Assembly (NCBI GenBank): GCA_032718475.1
Contig: JAUCBJ010004643.1
Coordinates: 1-64,000, forward strand
DNA: 64,000 bases
Source of the DNA: Nemertoderma westbladi
Lineage: Eukaryota > Animalia > Xenacoelomorpha
Direction: 5' to 3'
The translations under genes were made by a program, and so were the position numbers. A model generated the notes under the pieces. The model was not told the origin of the DNA and did no database searches. It saw only the letters and a program-made list of their open reading frames with translations. Shown piece after piece: positions 24,922 through 37,825 of the stretch. Positions within the stretch are counted from its first letter, which is position 1; each line of letters opens with the position of its first letter.

Positions 24922-26657
24922 CAGTGCCGGATTAACCAAGGCATATAAGGCACGTGCCTTAGGGCCAGCCGAAAATACGGGCCATTTTTTCTCAGTGATT
25001 CAGCATTTCATTCAGCATTCCTTTGAAAAAAATTTTCTTATCTGAAAAGTCCACATTTTTTCCCATTACAATTTGTAGTGCATCTTTCGACTACTTCCTA
25101 TCATTAAATTTGTGGTAGAAAGTGCAATATTCCAGCTGTTATTATTTACTGGGTTCGAAACCAGACGGTAGGGAAATAAAAAAACATGGGCAGTAAAAGC
25201 TTTAAAGTGCTAATTATGAACAATGGAGAATCTAATTTTATTTACGGTATTTGTGGGAAATTATTTGTAGTCATGCACTTAAACTTTCTAGAACAACCAA
25301 ATAATGACGCGGTGACTTTGTCTGGATATACTGGAAATACATACCGTAGTATATGTATGGCGTAGGGTGTATGGACATACTGAGAAATAATATCGCACTA
25401 CGAATTAAAGTTGGAAAATATGTCGCCCTGGAGAGTAGGCAGTGCGAAATTATTATTTTTTTTTTTACCGGAAACTAGTTATATAAATATAGACCCTAAT
25501 AGATAAAAAAGGATTAATTAGTTGTAGATAAAATAGTTGTCGATAGAAAAAACGCGTAAATAACTCCATGTCACTAATTTAATTTAACCGAAATTCAGAT
25601 GTTCTGTCGCCGTGTATTGCATTTTGCACTCGATTGCATCACTAAATTCCCTACTACAGTACTTTAGTATTTTTTACTCAGTTGTCATCGTACGCAGCAC
25701 GCAGTCACAGTACGCAGCTTTAGGACTACTATCGTTGGTTTTGTAAAACATGGCCATTAGGATCTCCTAGAACCGATTTTGTAACTGCTACCCTTCGTCT
25801 ATCACAAAATATTTGATTCCAAAAATATAGCTCGGACATACTAAACTCTAAGGGAAAAAGCAGTCGGGGAGAAGTTCTATTTTCAACTGAGTTGAAATTT
25901 CAACTTTATTTTTTAAAATTCAACTTTTTATTAAAATTCAACTTTTGGAGTAGAGTTTAAAATTCATCTTTTTTTTAAAAATCAACTTTTGGAGTAGCTT
26001 TGGAAATACTGAAATATGGAATTGGAATCCATTACTGGTATTCCATTGTATAATAATTATGACATTCAGCGGTAATTAAATACATCGAATAAATTCCCGT
26101 AGTATCTCAGCTAATTTGAAAATGTAATCACTTAAAATGTTTTAAAAAAAAGTGTTCCCGATGGCGACGGTGAAGGTTGTTATTCCATCGGTAATGAGGG
26201 TTAATTTTTCGAGTTACATTCATAAAAACAATAAAAACACCCCTTCTGTCACGTCTTGGGGGCCTTCTGTGCCTCCTGCCATTTTAGAGTTGAATTTACA
26301 ACTTAAAAGTTGAATTTAAAAAAAAAGTTTTAAATTTCAAACTCAGTTGAAATTTGAACTTCTCCCGACTGAAAAGAGCAACTTTTTCTCCCGATTTTGG
26401 TCTAAATTCGAGCGAAAAAGTAACAATTTAGGAATAAAAACTATTTTTGCCAAGTACTTATTGAAAGTACTTAGTATTTATTTACACGCAGTCATCCAGC
26501 GAAAATACTTTATATTTCCTTCGCAACATTTTCACAATTTCTGTTGTTTTTAGCAGCTTTTTCATTTGAAAGATATGTGGAAAATATCAATTTTCGGGCC
26601 ATTTATGGAAATTACTAAAATGTGCCTTAGGGCCACCAGATGCTTAATCCGGGACTG
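24922..26657. mobile_element. Non-autonomous hAT-like DNA transposon
   Basis: 14-bp TIRs CAGTGCCGGATTAA / TTAATCCGGGACTG (1 mismatch); perfect 8-bp TSD AGTATGGA at 24914-24921 and 26658-26665; subterminal gtgccttagggcca at both ends; no transposase ORF. Confidence 0.9.
25861..26371. mobile_element. MITE nested in the hAT-like element
   Basis: TIRs cagtcggggagaagttc...ttcaactgagttgaaattt / aaatttcaaactcagttgaa...gaacttctcccgactg; AAAAG on both flanks (candidate 5-bp TSD). Confidence 0.8.
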
Positions 26658-26936
26658 AGTATGGAAGATAGTGATGGTTGTATTCTCAGAATTTAACTGC
26701 TACCGGTACTGTAGAGAGCCAGTAAACAGGCTCTAAGAAGAAAGGAACCACAAAACTTAGTAGATCTTCCTTTGTAATTGATTTTAGTCTGAACTGGTAA
26801 TATTAATAATAATTAATTCATCACCAACAATTAATTACACCAGCTATTAAACCAATTATATAAACCAGCATGTCCGTCCATCTCGCTTTGCGCGCCGTCC
26901 TTTTTTGCTTTTTACACCGCATCTGAGTCTGGAGTA

Positions 26937-28115
26937 CAGTCCGTATCTCATTCTAGATACTGTTTCTCAAACTGGGTACCTTTTCTCTTACCTCACTCTT
27001 ACTAACTCAAACCTGTCTGGTTTACTCAAACCCAACTCAAACTCGCGTAACCCCCCATTGTGCACTGCGTAGCATTCATACAACAAGCTGTCTGTGCTTA
27101 ATGGTCCACTCGCTTCTGTTATACTCTGCCTACGGGTAATTGATGGTCTCCTGCTGTTATAACATTCCCTAAACTTGATTTGTTTGTGTGTAATTAACTC
27201 CGGTAGACAGCGAGAATTAACTTGCAGACTCAGTGACTCAATTTATTTTTAAATTTCAGAATAAAAAAAATTATATGCTAAATTATTAAACTGAAGATTT
27301 ATTAATTTTTTATTACATTTTCTGTTAGTATTACATCGTCAATGTTGTTGAATGTTTCTAATGTTTAACTTTAATGTTTTACTAATGATTTACTAATGTT
27401 TAATTATCTATTACATCGTCAACACAATTATTCGCAATACATCCGGGTGTGGGTATCCCGGGCAAAGGGGTCAAAGGAAACCTCTGTAATTATAGACAGG
27501 GCCATATTTATGAGAGGGGGGGGGGGGGGGGGGGGGGGGGGTAGTGGGTTGGTGCGAGGTCCCCTATGTACTAATAATTCTTAATTAACCATTATATTTT
27601 TAAACTGATATGTCTTGTAAGGCACCAATTGACATCAAACAGACAGACAACAGAGCACCAATTTCCCCCAACAATATTCCCAGAATTAAAACTTTCTCTA
27701 CAAACAGACCGAGCCAGTGTGGTTTAGTTAACAACATACATTTAGTAAAGCCCACAAAGGAACTGCGTGATTGACATGTCTTTTATGAGACACACGCAAG
27801 CCGGCCTGCCCAGCTTACCGGTCGGCCAAGCAGCAGACAGAGGCCCCTTCCCCATGTGGTGCCTCACTCAACCAGAGTAATTATCCATCCCGTACAGGAA
27901 GAGTAATGCTGAGTATGGCACAGTTGGAAGTCAACCTAACTCAAACCATGGCGCCAGACTCTAGTTTGAGTTAGATTGAGCTGGCTGCATCTTTCTGATT
28001 TCTCAACTCTTACCCCAGTCTTACCTACTGAAATTCTCCGTTGACTATCATTAGTAAAAGGTTTGAGAAATGATACCCAGTTTGAGAAATAATATTCAGA
28101 ATGAGATAGGGACTG
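26937..28115. mobile_element. Non-autonomous Tc1/mariner-like element (TA-CAGT...ACTG-TA)
   Basis: Imperfect ~45-bp TIRs cagtccgtatctcattctagatactgtttctcaaactgggta / tacccagtttgagaaataatattcagaatgagatagggactg, flanked by TA at 26935-26936 and 28116-28117. Confidence 0.75.
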
Positions 28116-28249
28116 TAGGCTACATAACCAACCGAGTGATTCCCCGAACTTATATATTTTATTCTAAGTTTATTAGGAGGTGGAGGAGGGGGTGGTAACC
28201 TAAACGGAATTTTAATTTACTATGAGAACAATGCCCCGTTTATAAGTGA

Positions 28250-30330
28250 GCATATAATTAATGCTGTGAACCCTCGGTAACTTCTTGATGTACAGTTCAG
28301 TATAAAACATCAGGAATTAGGATTCCCCTGCTCTAAGAGCCCAAGGGACTGGCATATAACAGTACGGCTACTGGCTCTACTGCTGCCTGGTATAAACTTA
28401 CTTTCACAGGTCTGATTTCAGGTTATTTCCACTCCCTTGATAGTTTATTTAAGGGGGGGGGTAGCGCATTTTCTGACCAAAAAGTCGAATTTTTGAAACA
28501 TATCCTATCTGATGCAGAATTTTATGCTGAATCCAAATATGGAAACCGTTTCCCTATATCTTGCTTACTTTTCGAGATATCTGGGATAGAAGAGACTGGC
28601 TCCGATATATCGCGATATCGGTAAGGCGATAAAGTTTGGGGTTTGCATTCAATTTCTGCAAATTTCTGTGCTCATTGGTGCTAATTGGATGTCTCCACGA
28701 GAAAGAGCACAAAATTTTAATTGAGAAGGTATTCTTTTATGATTATTGGACCTACTGATCAGTTTATAAGACAACTTCATGTCTACGGAATGAAGACGGG
28801 ACTCAAATAAGCGACTCTGTGGTCTTTGAGGGATGACACGGAATAGACTTATCGGTCATCAGAGATCTTCAAAATGTATAATCTCCAGTTCTAGTGGTCG
28901 TACGGAGTTCGTTTAGGGCTCATTCGAAAGCTCTTTTCTCAGAGACCACTTCTCAGAGACCATTTCTCAGTTACCATTTGGTTTGGCAAACTCTTGAAAG
29001 CTGCCTGAGCAATCATAACTTGTACAAAATTTGCAAGGCATATTTTACCCAAATTCATGTTATGTTGCTTTAGAACCATTTTGTCTTAAATCAAATGGTA
29101 ACTTTGTTCTCTAAGAAAAGAGCTTTCGAATGAGCCTAAAACGAACTTCGTACGACCACTAGAACTGGAGATTATACATTTTGAAGATCTCCGATGACCG
29201 ATAAGTCTATTCCGTGTAATCCCGCAAAGACCGCAGAGTCGCTTATTCGAGTCCCGTCTTCATTCCGGAGACTTGAAGTTGTCTTATAAACTGATCAGTA
29301 GGTCCAATAATCATAAAAAAATACTTTCTCAATTAAAATTTTGTGCTCTTTCTCGTGGAGACATCCAATTGGCACCAATGGGCACAGAAATTTGCAGAAA
29401 TTGAATGCAAACCCCAAACTTCATCGCCTTTACCGATATCGCGATATATCGGAGCCAGTATCTTCTATGCCAGATATCTCGAAAACTAAGCAAGATATGG
29501 GAAAACGGTTTCCATATTTGGATTCAGCATGAAATTCTGCATCAGATAGGATATGTTTCAAAAATTCGTCTTTTTGGTCAGAAAATGCGCTACCCCCCCC
29601 TTAATGTAGACCATACCTTGCCCATCTAAGATCCTGCAGTCTATGTAGCAGAAGTCAAGCATGACTAAACAGGCCATACAATGACTGACGGTGGACAGAC
29701 TTACTTTCTGGTGTCTGACTGGTGATAGACTTAGGTCTTTTCACAAATTGACCAACATCGGATGCTGTTTGATCTAGACTGCTGAGCAGTCTTTGTGAGT
29801 CATCAAATGTTTCTTATAATAAATCCAAATCATCAGCAACGTGAAGGCCCATAAAGTGTATTGGTGGTTTTCCTCTATTTTTACTACCACCGGCTGGTTG
29901 TATTTCCGTCTATACAGTATAATGTTCTTTAAGAGACATTCGCTGTATAATCCGGCCCAATAATGAAGAGAAAAGGAGCACGCGTGTCACCTTTATGGAC
30001 ATCTCACGATACTTCAACTGGGTCGGTTTCTCCATCTGATGTAGAGATAAATGTTGTTAGTGATTGATTCCAGCATTTACATCATCAGAAACCCCACAAG
30101 CCGGAAGTATCTTAAACATGCGTGGACGGGAGGCACAATCATAGGCCTTAAGGAATTTTACAAAGTTGACGGCTAGATGCCTCGTAGACAATTCTTCAAT
30201 GATCCGACGAAAGTGAAAAAATGGGCTCCAGGGTATTTTTACCTATGAAACCCATATTGGTTGTCACGCAGGAACCTTTCAACAGAATCCTTATGCGGTT
30301 CTACATTATTCTGTTGAAACCGCAACCTTA
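28250..30330 (-). pseudogene. Highly degenerate RTE-like LINE RT, split by the TTAA element
   Basis: Removing 28453-29604 restores GKVWSTLNKLSREWK*PEIRPVKVSLYQAAVEPV; further RT remnants (NQYGF, HLAVNFV, GDT, VADD) at 29830-30280. Confidence 0.75.
28453..29600. mobile_element. Palindromic non-autonomous DNA transposon with ~500-bp TIRs and TTAA TSD (Kolobok-like)
   Basis: TTAA (28449-28452) GGGG...tagcgcattttctgaccaaaaag ... ctttttggtcagaaaatgcgcta CCCC TTAA (29601-29604); arms stay complementary to ~28985/29088. RR...YY ends with TTAA fit Kolobok rather than piggyBac (CC...GG). Confidence 0.85.
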
Positions 30331-30619
30331 ACTGCAACCGAAATCAGGCAACAATACATTTTTAAATAATTAAAACGGATCAGTTTTATTAAGATTAACA
30401 GAAGGACCGATGAGCCATGAAACATCTGAAATGAACTCATTCATTTTATCCATGAACTACAGTACATATTTAACCAAAAATTAACTGAAGGAACTCCGGC
30501 AGAGCGGGCTTTGTGTTGTTATGGCAAACTCCCTAAGATAGCAGGTATTCTAACATTATGAAAATACCACCGATTTCGAATAGTGATAGTCGAATGAACA
30601 CAGATTTGGTATAAAAATA

Positions 30620-31320
30620 AATAAAAATGATAAAACAGAACAGAACAGAACAGAACTTAACAATACTATATTTAAGAATATAACGTGTTTAAATTTTAAC
30701 AAAAATAAAATAAAATAAACCACCATTGACAATCTTGACTTTCACAATCTTAACATTCACAATCTTAACATTCACAATAGCAACGTCCCAATATCATTTA
30801 TTGCATAAATAGACATAATAGTAAAGAACATCGTAATAGGAACAGTTCCTTTAAAAATAGAAAGATTCACCCAATGAAAGAGGTTTGTTAATATTTTCCC
30901 CTCTACTAAGAATTAAGTAGTACCAATTATTGTACCTTCAAATTGAAAACGTGAACTAAATCCATTGGTTCAGCCCATTGTCACTTTAAAGCAGTTACCA
31001 TCAAAAATCGCATAAAGAACTACAGTATATAAGGCTACTGTATTTCTATTAGTAGGCCCTACTACAGTATATAACATATTGCAAACGTTATCGTATAGTT
31101 TTACTTCAGGCCAAATACGTATATTATCCAGTGTGAAACCTCGGGTAAACCTCTCTGTGTGAAATTGGCTGTAATTCTCAAAACTTCCTATTGCAACACG
31201 AATAACAAATTTCACCGACCAGTTGAATACCGGTAATAGCTGAGATACTAAGCTTGATAAAATATTAAGACTGACTGACAATATAGATTTGTTGATGGCG
31301 ACGTTCATTACTAAACTGTA
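30620..31320 (-). pseudogene. Possible degenerate CR1/L2-like LINE 3' remnant
   Basis: Weak similarity of minus-strand translations (LNILSSLV; FSSRFQ..GTII) to LINE ORF2 C-termini; simple (CAGAA)n tail at ~30636-30656. Confidence 0.3.
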
Positions 31321-33625
31321 TGAAGGGTAACTGTGTGTAAACTGTAGAAAACTGTACGTGGTTTGCCCTTCATTACATATCTTAAGAACATGCTAGTACA
31401 CTATTGTAGGCCTATTTATATTTTCTATTGCGCCTCTAAAGATACAGTATCATACGCTTGTCTTCAAATGCCATTGTACAATAATTAATATCGTAAATAA
31501 ATACTCCAACTGGCACCTTAAACAAATTTTCTCTACGGCAATAATAGAACCTGGCAATAATATGAGCTTACCTGACACACAGCCTTCGAAACGTAATGAC
31601 TGCTAAAATATTCACTAAACTAAGAGAACTCTACTGAAATAATACAACGCAAATAATCGAACGCAAATATAAAAAAGAATTACACAAAAAATACGACATA
31701 TAAATAAAGTAACTCCCGTGATATTTCCCGACCTCTAACACTATCCCCCAGTCGCTGTTGTGAATAAATACCTCGCGTGTCCAGCCAGACAGAGTAATAC
31801 AGTAGGACTTAAACTCTACCGATAACACCACTGACTAGTTTAGTAGTTAGTCAACGCGTTATCCAGAGGTAGGTAATCCGATTCTGGAACGTAAGCGAAA
31901 GAATGTAGAGCGCACGCGTCGGCCAGGAGTCGAAGTCGGAGAAATATATACATAGTTCCGGTTCCCACGGTTACTGGTGTTGGGTAAGGCAGATGGGGTG
32001 GGGGGGGGGGGGGGGGATTGAGCAAATCCCTCCTCCACGAATAATATCTAGTTTAGTCTAATTAACTATGTTAATTATTAATTAATACAAAAAAGTTAAT
32101 AGTAGCAACAGCAGAATTGTAGTTTAATTTTTGGAAGCAATCAGCTGATTTTAGCGTCGACTTTCCCCAGGAGAGGGATAAATTTTGATATTGAAATTTG
32201 AATTTTGAAATAGCCCCACCCTACCTGGGTCGGAAGGGATAGTTGCAGGGACGGCAGAGTTTGATGTGGGGTTCCACGAGTGGTCAGTTGAGTTGCTCAG
32301 TTACTGGTAATTATATATTAACATCATGGGACTAGTGCCCTGAACGTCGCGAGTGAGTTTTACTCTTTACACACTGGGTCTCGACTGCCAACCAACCACC
32401 CTGACGTCAGTTACGTAATAGACAAAGCGGCGCGGCTGCAATTCAATAGTTCAAGTAATTAAATATAAACTTCTGTTCGTTTATAGACAGCACATACATT
32501 ACAGTACCCATCGCACACTATATAAAGCAGTTACATTGTCACATCAGTGTACATCAGCGTCTGTAATACGCGACACATAAATAGGCCATACTTGTCCCGA
32601 ATCGAATTCTATACAGTAACGAAACTACAGTACAGTATAATGTACATATAAATTGGTAATGTGCGTTATCGATATGTTTGTGTCAATAAAAAACACAGAC
32701 ACAGTGTATGTGTTATATTTCAATTAGCCTGAAAAGTAATGCACAAATACACAGTATATTTTTATTTCACTATTTTCTATAGTACAGTATTAGTGGTTAT
32801 GCAGTTATGGTAAATGGCAAATGAAGAGAACAAGCAAAACAACTCAATCGTACATTCTGTACAGTAGAATTCTACATGTATAGTAACGTGCATAATACAT
32901 ATTAAAAAGTACAAATTAAATATTTCACAAGTTGCTTTCAAAATTTAAAGTAAATTAAAAGGAATTAATAGTAATCAATTTATTAATTTCAGTAAAATGA
33001 TAATAAAATAATTGAAACACTTATGATTCGTTGATTCGTTATTTTTCTATTTCCTGTAACAGAATAATAATTATTTTTATATAATTAATGTAATGGGTTG
33101 CTAAAAAATTAAATATGGAAATCAAGATTAGGGAAGAAATGGATGGCCACGAATTTATAAAATAAATTCGTGCCAATCCATCAATATTGGTTAGCATTGC
33201 GTGTTATTGTTTAATTAATTGGAATGCGAATGTAATTATATTGCATATAAGTTATATAATATTGAATCATAATTGATATCTATCTCACACAAATATTTAA
33301 CATGATTACAATCAAATACATCTAGATATGAAATAATAACATTTTGTTATGATTTCACAATTATTGTTTTACTTTTCCATAGTGTAATAATCACTTACTG
33401 TTGTGTCGGGAATGCAGGGGGTGGGGGTATCAGTTCCAGATGTATGAAGGCCAGAGAGACAATACAATAGCCTGGAGGTGGGCGTTGTAGACTAAACTGA
33501 CCTACTGTATGTTTACTTAGTAATTATAAATATACTGTACAATATCGTACGTAAAAAAAATACAGAAATACAGTATGTTCCTATTTCGCGGTAATTCTAT
33601 CCACTGTATAAAGAATGAAAATAGA

Positions 33626-34801
33626 CTAGGATGATGCAGAAGTGCCGGTAGTAGTAGCGGATGTGGTACTCGTATTAGTCGAAGTGGTAGTAGAAGTAGT
33701 AGAGGTGGTGGTAGCCGAAGTGGCCGCAGCAATAGCCCGGGCTCTGGCAGTGGCAGAATCTGCCGGGCTCACAATCACGGTTCGTGGTTGGACCGCAATA
33801 ACAGGAGTAAAGGAAGGCGCAGCTGGCAAATACTGCATCGACAAGTTTGTCTGCTGGAGGGCAACGGATGGTGATATAGCAGCTATGTGCATATCGTGCA
33901 CAGATAATATAATATCATCTGTGGCAGCTTTGCCACACTTGTACCACCCCGAGATGGTGAAACCCCCCTTGCTCATTGATAGCCGTAGCCATTTTAGTTA
34001 TGTTCTCACGCAGGTTATTGCTATCGAACCGTGAGCGGGGCAGTGACAAAGCCTGACTTGACAAAAACAAATTTGTCAAACCCAAGCTCTGCCACAAATC
34101 ACCATTCTCGAATGGTATCAGATGATCGCTGGTTAGAGCAACCACCACAGCAGCCAATGCCCATCCTTCTGTAGACACCTTGTCGATGCAGCAGCACTGC
34201 ATCGTTGCCTTTCTCCTATCACAGAGAAATCCGGAGCAGGTAGGTCCCACTATCTGGGGGATGTCAAACCGCAGTTTCTCCCCCACCAGGCGAAAATCGT
34301 GGTACGCCATTTCTTCCTTGGAGGACATATCTAGAGGCAAAGAGTATAGACACTGACTTTGAACAATAGCAGGAAGTAGTGGGGAATGTGTATTTATAAT
34401 AGGATTATCCAAAGAGTGGTGGAGGTAATCTCCTGTAAATATAGGATCACAGATTTGGACCACCCCTCCAAGTTTTACCTCGCGATGGAGAAATAGATTG
34501 CGAGAATGGTTAGAATCGCGGGTAAAGATTGTAAAACATAGGTCTGAGTCTAGATCTCCAAGCACTACCTCCCGGTCAAAGGCTCCCTCTTTCTTGGCCT
34601 GCTTAGGTGGAGCAGACCCACCACCTCCGAACCCTGGCATTCGCCCCACACGTACAGTACGTAGGGGAGGAGGCGTTCTACCCGGGCAATCATAAGAATA
34701 ACTCCCATCAGTACCGTCTGATTAGGAACATACAGTTTCGATTGGTACCCTTGTACCACTTCTTGTATAGAAACCCGACGCCGATTGTTTATTCGATCCA
34801 T
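33626..34801 (-). pseudogene. Accessory gene divergent from the Rep-helicase; ~390 aa after repairing two frameshifts; Cys cluster and Thr/Ser/Ala tail
   Basis: ORFs 34565-34807, 33915-34649 and 33626-33976 join after removing a 5-bp insertion at 34653-34659 and one base in the C run at ~33963-33968 (gives ...PYVRVGRMPGF... and ...INEQGGFTISGWYK...). GC-richer island; motif CSGFLCDRRKATMQCCC. Confidence 0.7.
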
Positions 34802-37800
34802 CCTCACTACTGAATGAATTATTTAATCTTTAATTACTGCAGTAATTAATGGTTATATTACATTAATACCAAAATATTTAGTCACTTTAGAAAATAATTA
34901 AACGCATTAACTGCTTAAGTAATACATCATTTAATATACAGTATCTATCTAATTTAATATTTATTTGAATTATTTGAATGAACTGTTCATACTGTAGTCG
35001 TAAAATTTAATTACCGGTAGCTTACTATTTCTGATTTCAATCTAAAATCCATTACGCTTGTACTTACACTTGTTTATAACCATTCGGTTATTTAAAGAAT
35101 AAATATGAATATTATATGACGGTTGCCGTGGGATATTAAATTGAAACATATTTTCCACTACCGCAACAATAATATGTCAGTGGTATGTGTCACTACCAGC
35201 TAAGCCAAGGTGTACAGTATTGAATAACTAGTTCACTTTGAGATAGGAAAATACCTAACCGGTATTAGAAGACTACTACTCAAATAAATACCGGTAATTC
35301 ATTTTCTGGCTACTGTAGTTTTCATTATTTTCACTAAGAATTAACTTACCTCTAGCCAGTCAGGTATACTAAAGTTTAATTTAGTTCAGAAGCGTTTGCT
35401 GTTTGACTTAACTGGGTGTTTTAATAGGCCTACCCGCGGTATCGGAAACGCTTGACTAAACAGTTATGACTTAAAACTGAAAGTTTTATACCGGTACTAA
35501 ACATGACTGGTGAATACAGCTATAGCGGTACAAACAGTACAGTTGACTTTTAATACTGAAAGTATTTCTGGCAATCTGGTAGCGCTACTTGAATACCAGT
35601 ACCAGTAACTGATATACTGAAACAGGGGCCTGAACATTGATTAGTGATTACAGTAACATTTGTCAGGCTGTACAAACAGTGGAAATTATAATACTGGAAG
35701 TATTTATGGTTGGGATACTTAACCTCCATCTTACCAATGTCTGATAGTAGCATAACTGATATAAGTGGACTAACAGATGGTCAGATAGTTGATGACCGGT
35801 TCCTGGTAGGCCTATAGGACCAAGCCGGTGGCATTTACTACCGCAGTACTAAAAGTATTTTAGCCTGCCTGACAGTCTGGCCGTATGATTTTGGTAGCGC
35901 TTACCGGTAACGGTACCGGTCTGCCGGTGTAGTTGCTGCAATCAGTAGTTACTGTATGTACAGTATCTTTTACTTTGGCGCCCAAAAGGGTTGGATACGT
36001 TTTGTTTCTTAAATTTTAAGTGTTTTTAACCTGAATTATTATTTAAGATAGGCAATTAATGAGTTTCGCTATCGGTAACATCTGTTGTCATTGTTTTACT
36101 TAGTACTACAGTCAGACAGTATCACTTGGCCAATTATACCTGATGACAAGGGTTAACAAACAGACAAATTAATCAAACAAATTGATTGGTCATTGGTAAG
36201 AAGTATAGCGGTCGCGGACGATTTAAACGAATTCAGTATGTCGTAATGTCGATTAGCGTACTACGTCTCATCGCTTACTCTTCGTCTCTCCGCCCATAAC
36301 GATTACAGATACAGAAACAGATGATTATAGAAACAGATGATAGATTATTGTAACAAAGTATAACAAACAGGTTTGTTAATCACGTTTAGTTTGTTATTGT
36401 ACCTTATGCCAACTGGTACTGTCTTTCAACAATATCGTAGGTCTCCCATACAGTATCTTAATAATAATTACACACATGTGGGTGGAATCACATTGAAAAG
36501 TTGTTTTACTAAATATAAACTCATACTAGGCCTATAACTAATACCGAACTCGAACTGTAATTTAGGCCTATGTTGTACTTTATGTAATAAATTACAAAAT
36601 TTCAAGGGGTAAAAATATCGTGACAATAAATTATTAGATTTTATTAATTGATGTACGCAGTTCGCTATGATAAATGCTTGCGATACAGATAACATTAACC
36701 TGCATATTCGATGGTATAATACTGTATAAGCCTATGTATTATACTGTAGGTCGACATTTATTTCGTCACTTTCCATTTATTCTGTATACTGTATAAGTAC
36801 TGTATTGTGCAATATTTTCCTTTCAGCCTTAATAATCACACAGTGTTTATAAGGAGGTTGGACCTAACGTTGAACCTAACAAGGAGGTTGAACCTAACCT
36901 AAAGATTCTTCGGATGATTCTTCAACGAAATAAAAGTTTACCACCAACGTTGTGTAAATGGCCTGCTGATTTATTCTGCATAATAAGCTGATACCGTTAG
37001 TACAGTCTGACAGTAGTATATAAATAAATTATTATAACACGTAATATTATTATAGTTATCATCAACGCATAACAAACATTAGGTCTACCGGTAATTATCT
37101 TATCAATTAAAACTCAGTATCTATTAGCGACGGGAACAACATTTTCGCTGCGAATTACGTCGACTCAATTAGACGGAAATCAATTTATTTGAATACGCCA
37201 ATAATAAATTACAGTACGTACCGTAGGCCTACCTACTGTACCGGTAAAATTACTTTCATTATACAGTTGGTATATACTGCCTTTTAATCCTTAACTAGTT
37301 AATCTAATTAACCTTTTACTGTTCCACCATCGTTTAATCGTTTACATTAATTTTATTTACTTTTCAGATATATTCATATTTCCACGACGAACCTGTTATA
37401 CAGTAAGTCTGTTAAAGATAAAGTTTAAATTCTGCTTGGATCCAGTTAAGTCTGCTGTGGGACAAGCGTGGAACTTTACTGAATATATCGAATATTCAAC
37501 TGAATATAAATAAGTATACGAATTATTTAACTAAATATTGGAAATGTTTGTTTATTGTTAATGTTTATATGTTTATGTTTATTGTTACTGTTTAAAAGTT
37601 TGAATGTTTATGTTTATTGTTACTGTTTAAATGTTTATTTGTAAATGTAAATGTTTGTTTGTACTGTAGGATATTTACTTGGATCAATTGGGTTAATTTA
37701 GCCTTATTTGTTGTTAATTGCAATATAAAACATATATGTGTAGGCGTACTGTAAGTCTAATATTACATTAAACTATTAAATCTGAGTATCTGTGGTGAAG

Positions 37801-37825
37801 GGTCTAAATCCTTTCTAAAATCAAA

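Noticed and set aside
36800-37700. Spliced 5'-UTR exons of the Rep-helicase gene
   Set aside because: Several pyrimidine-tract-AG sites exist (~36826, 37367, 37669), but such sites are common in AT-rich DNA and cannot be supported without transcripts.
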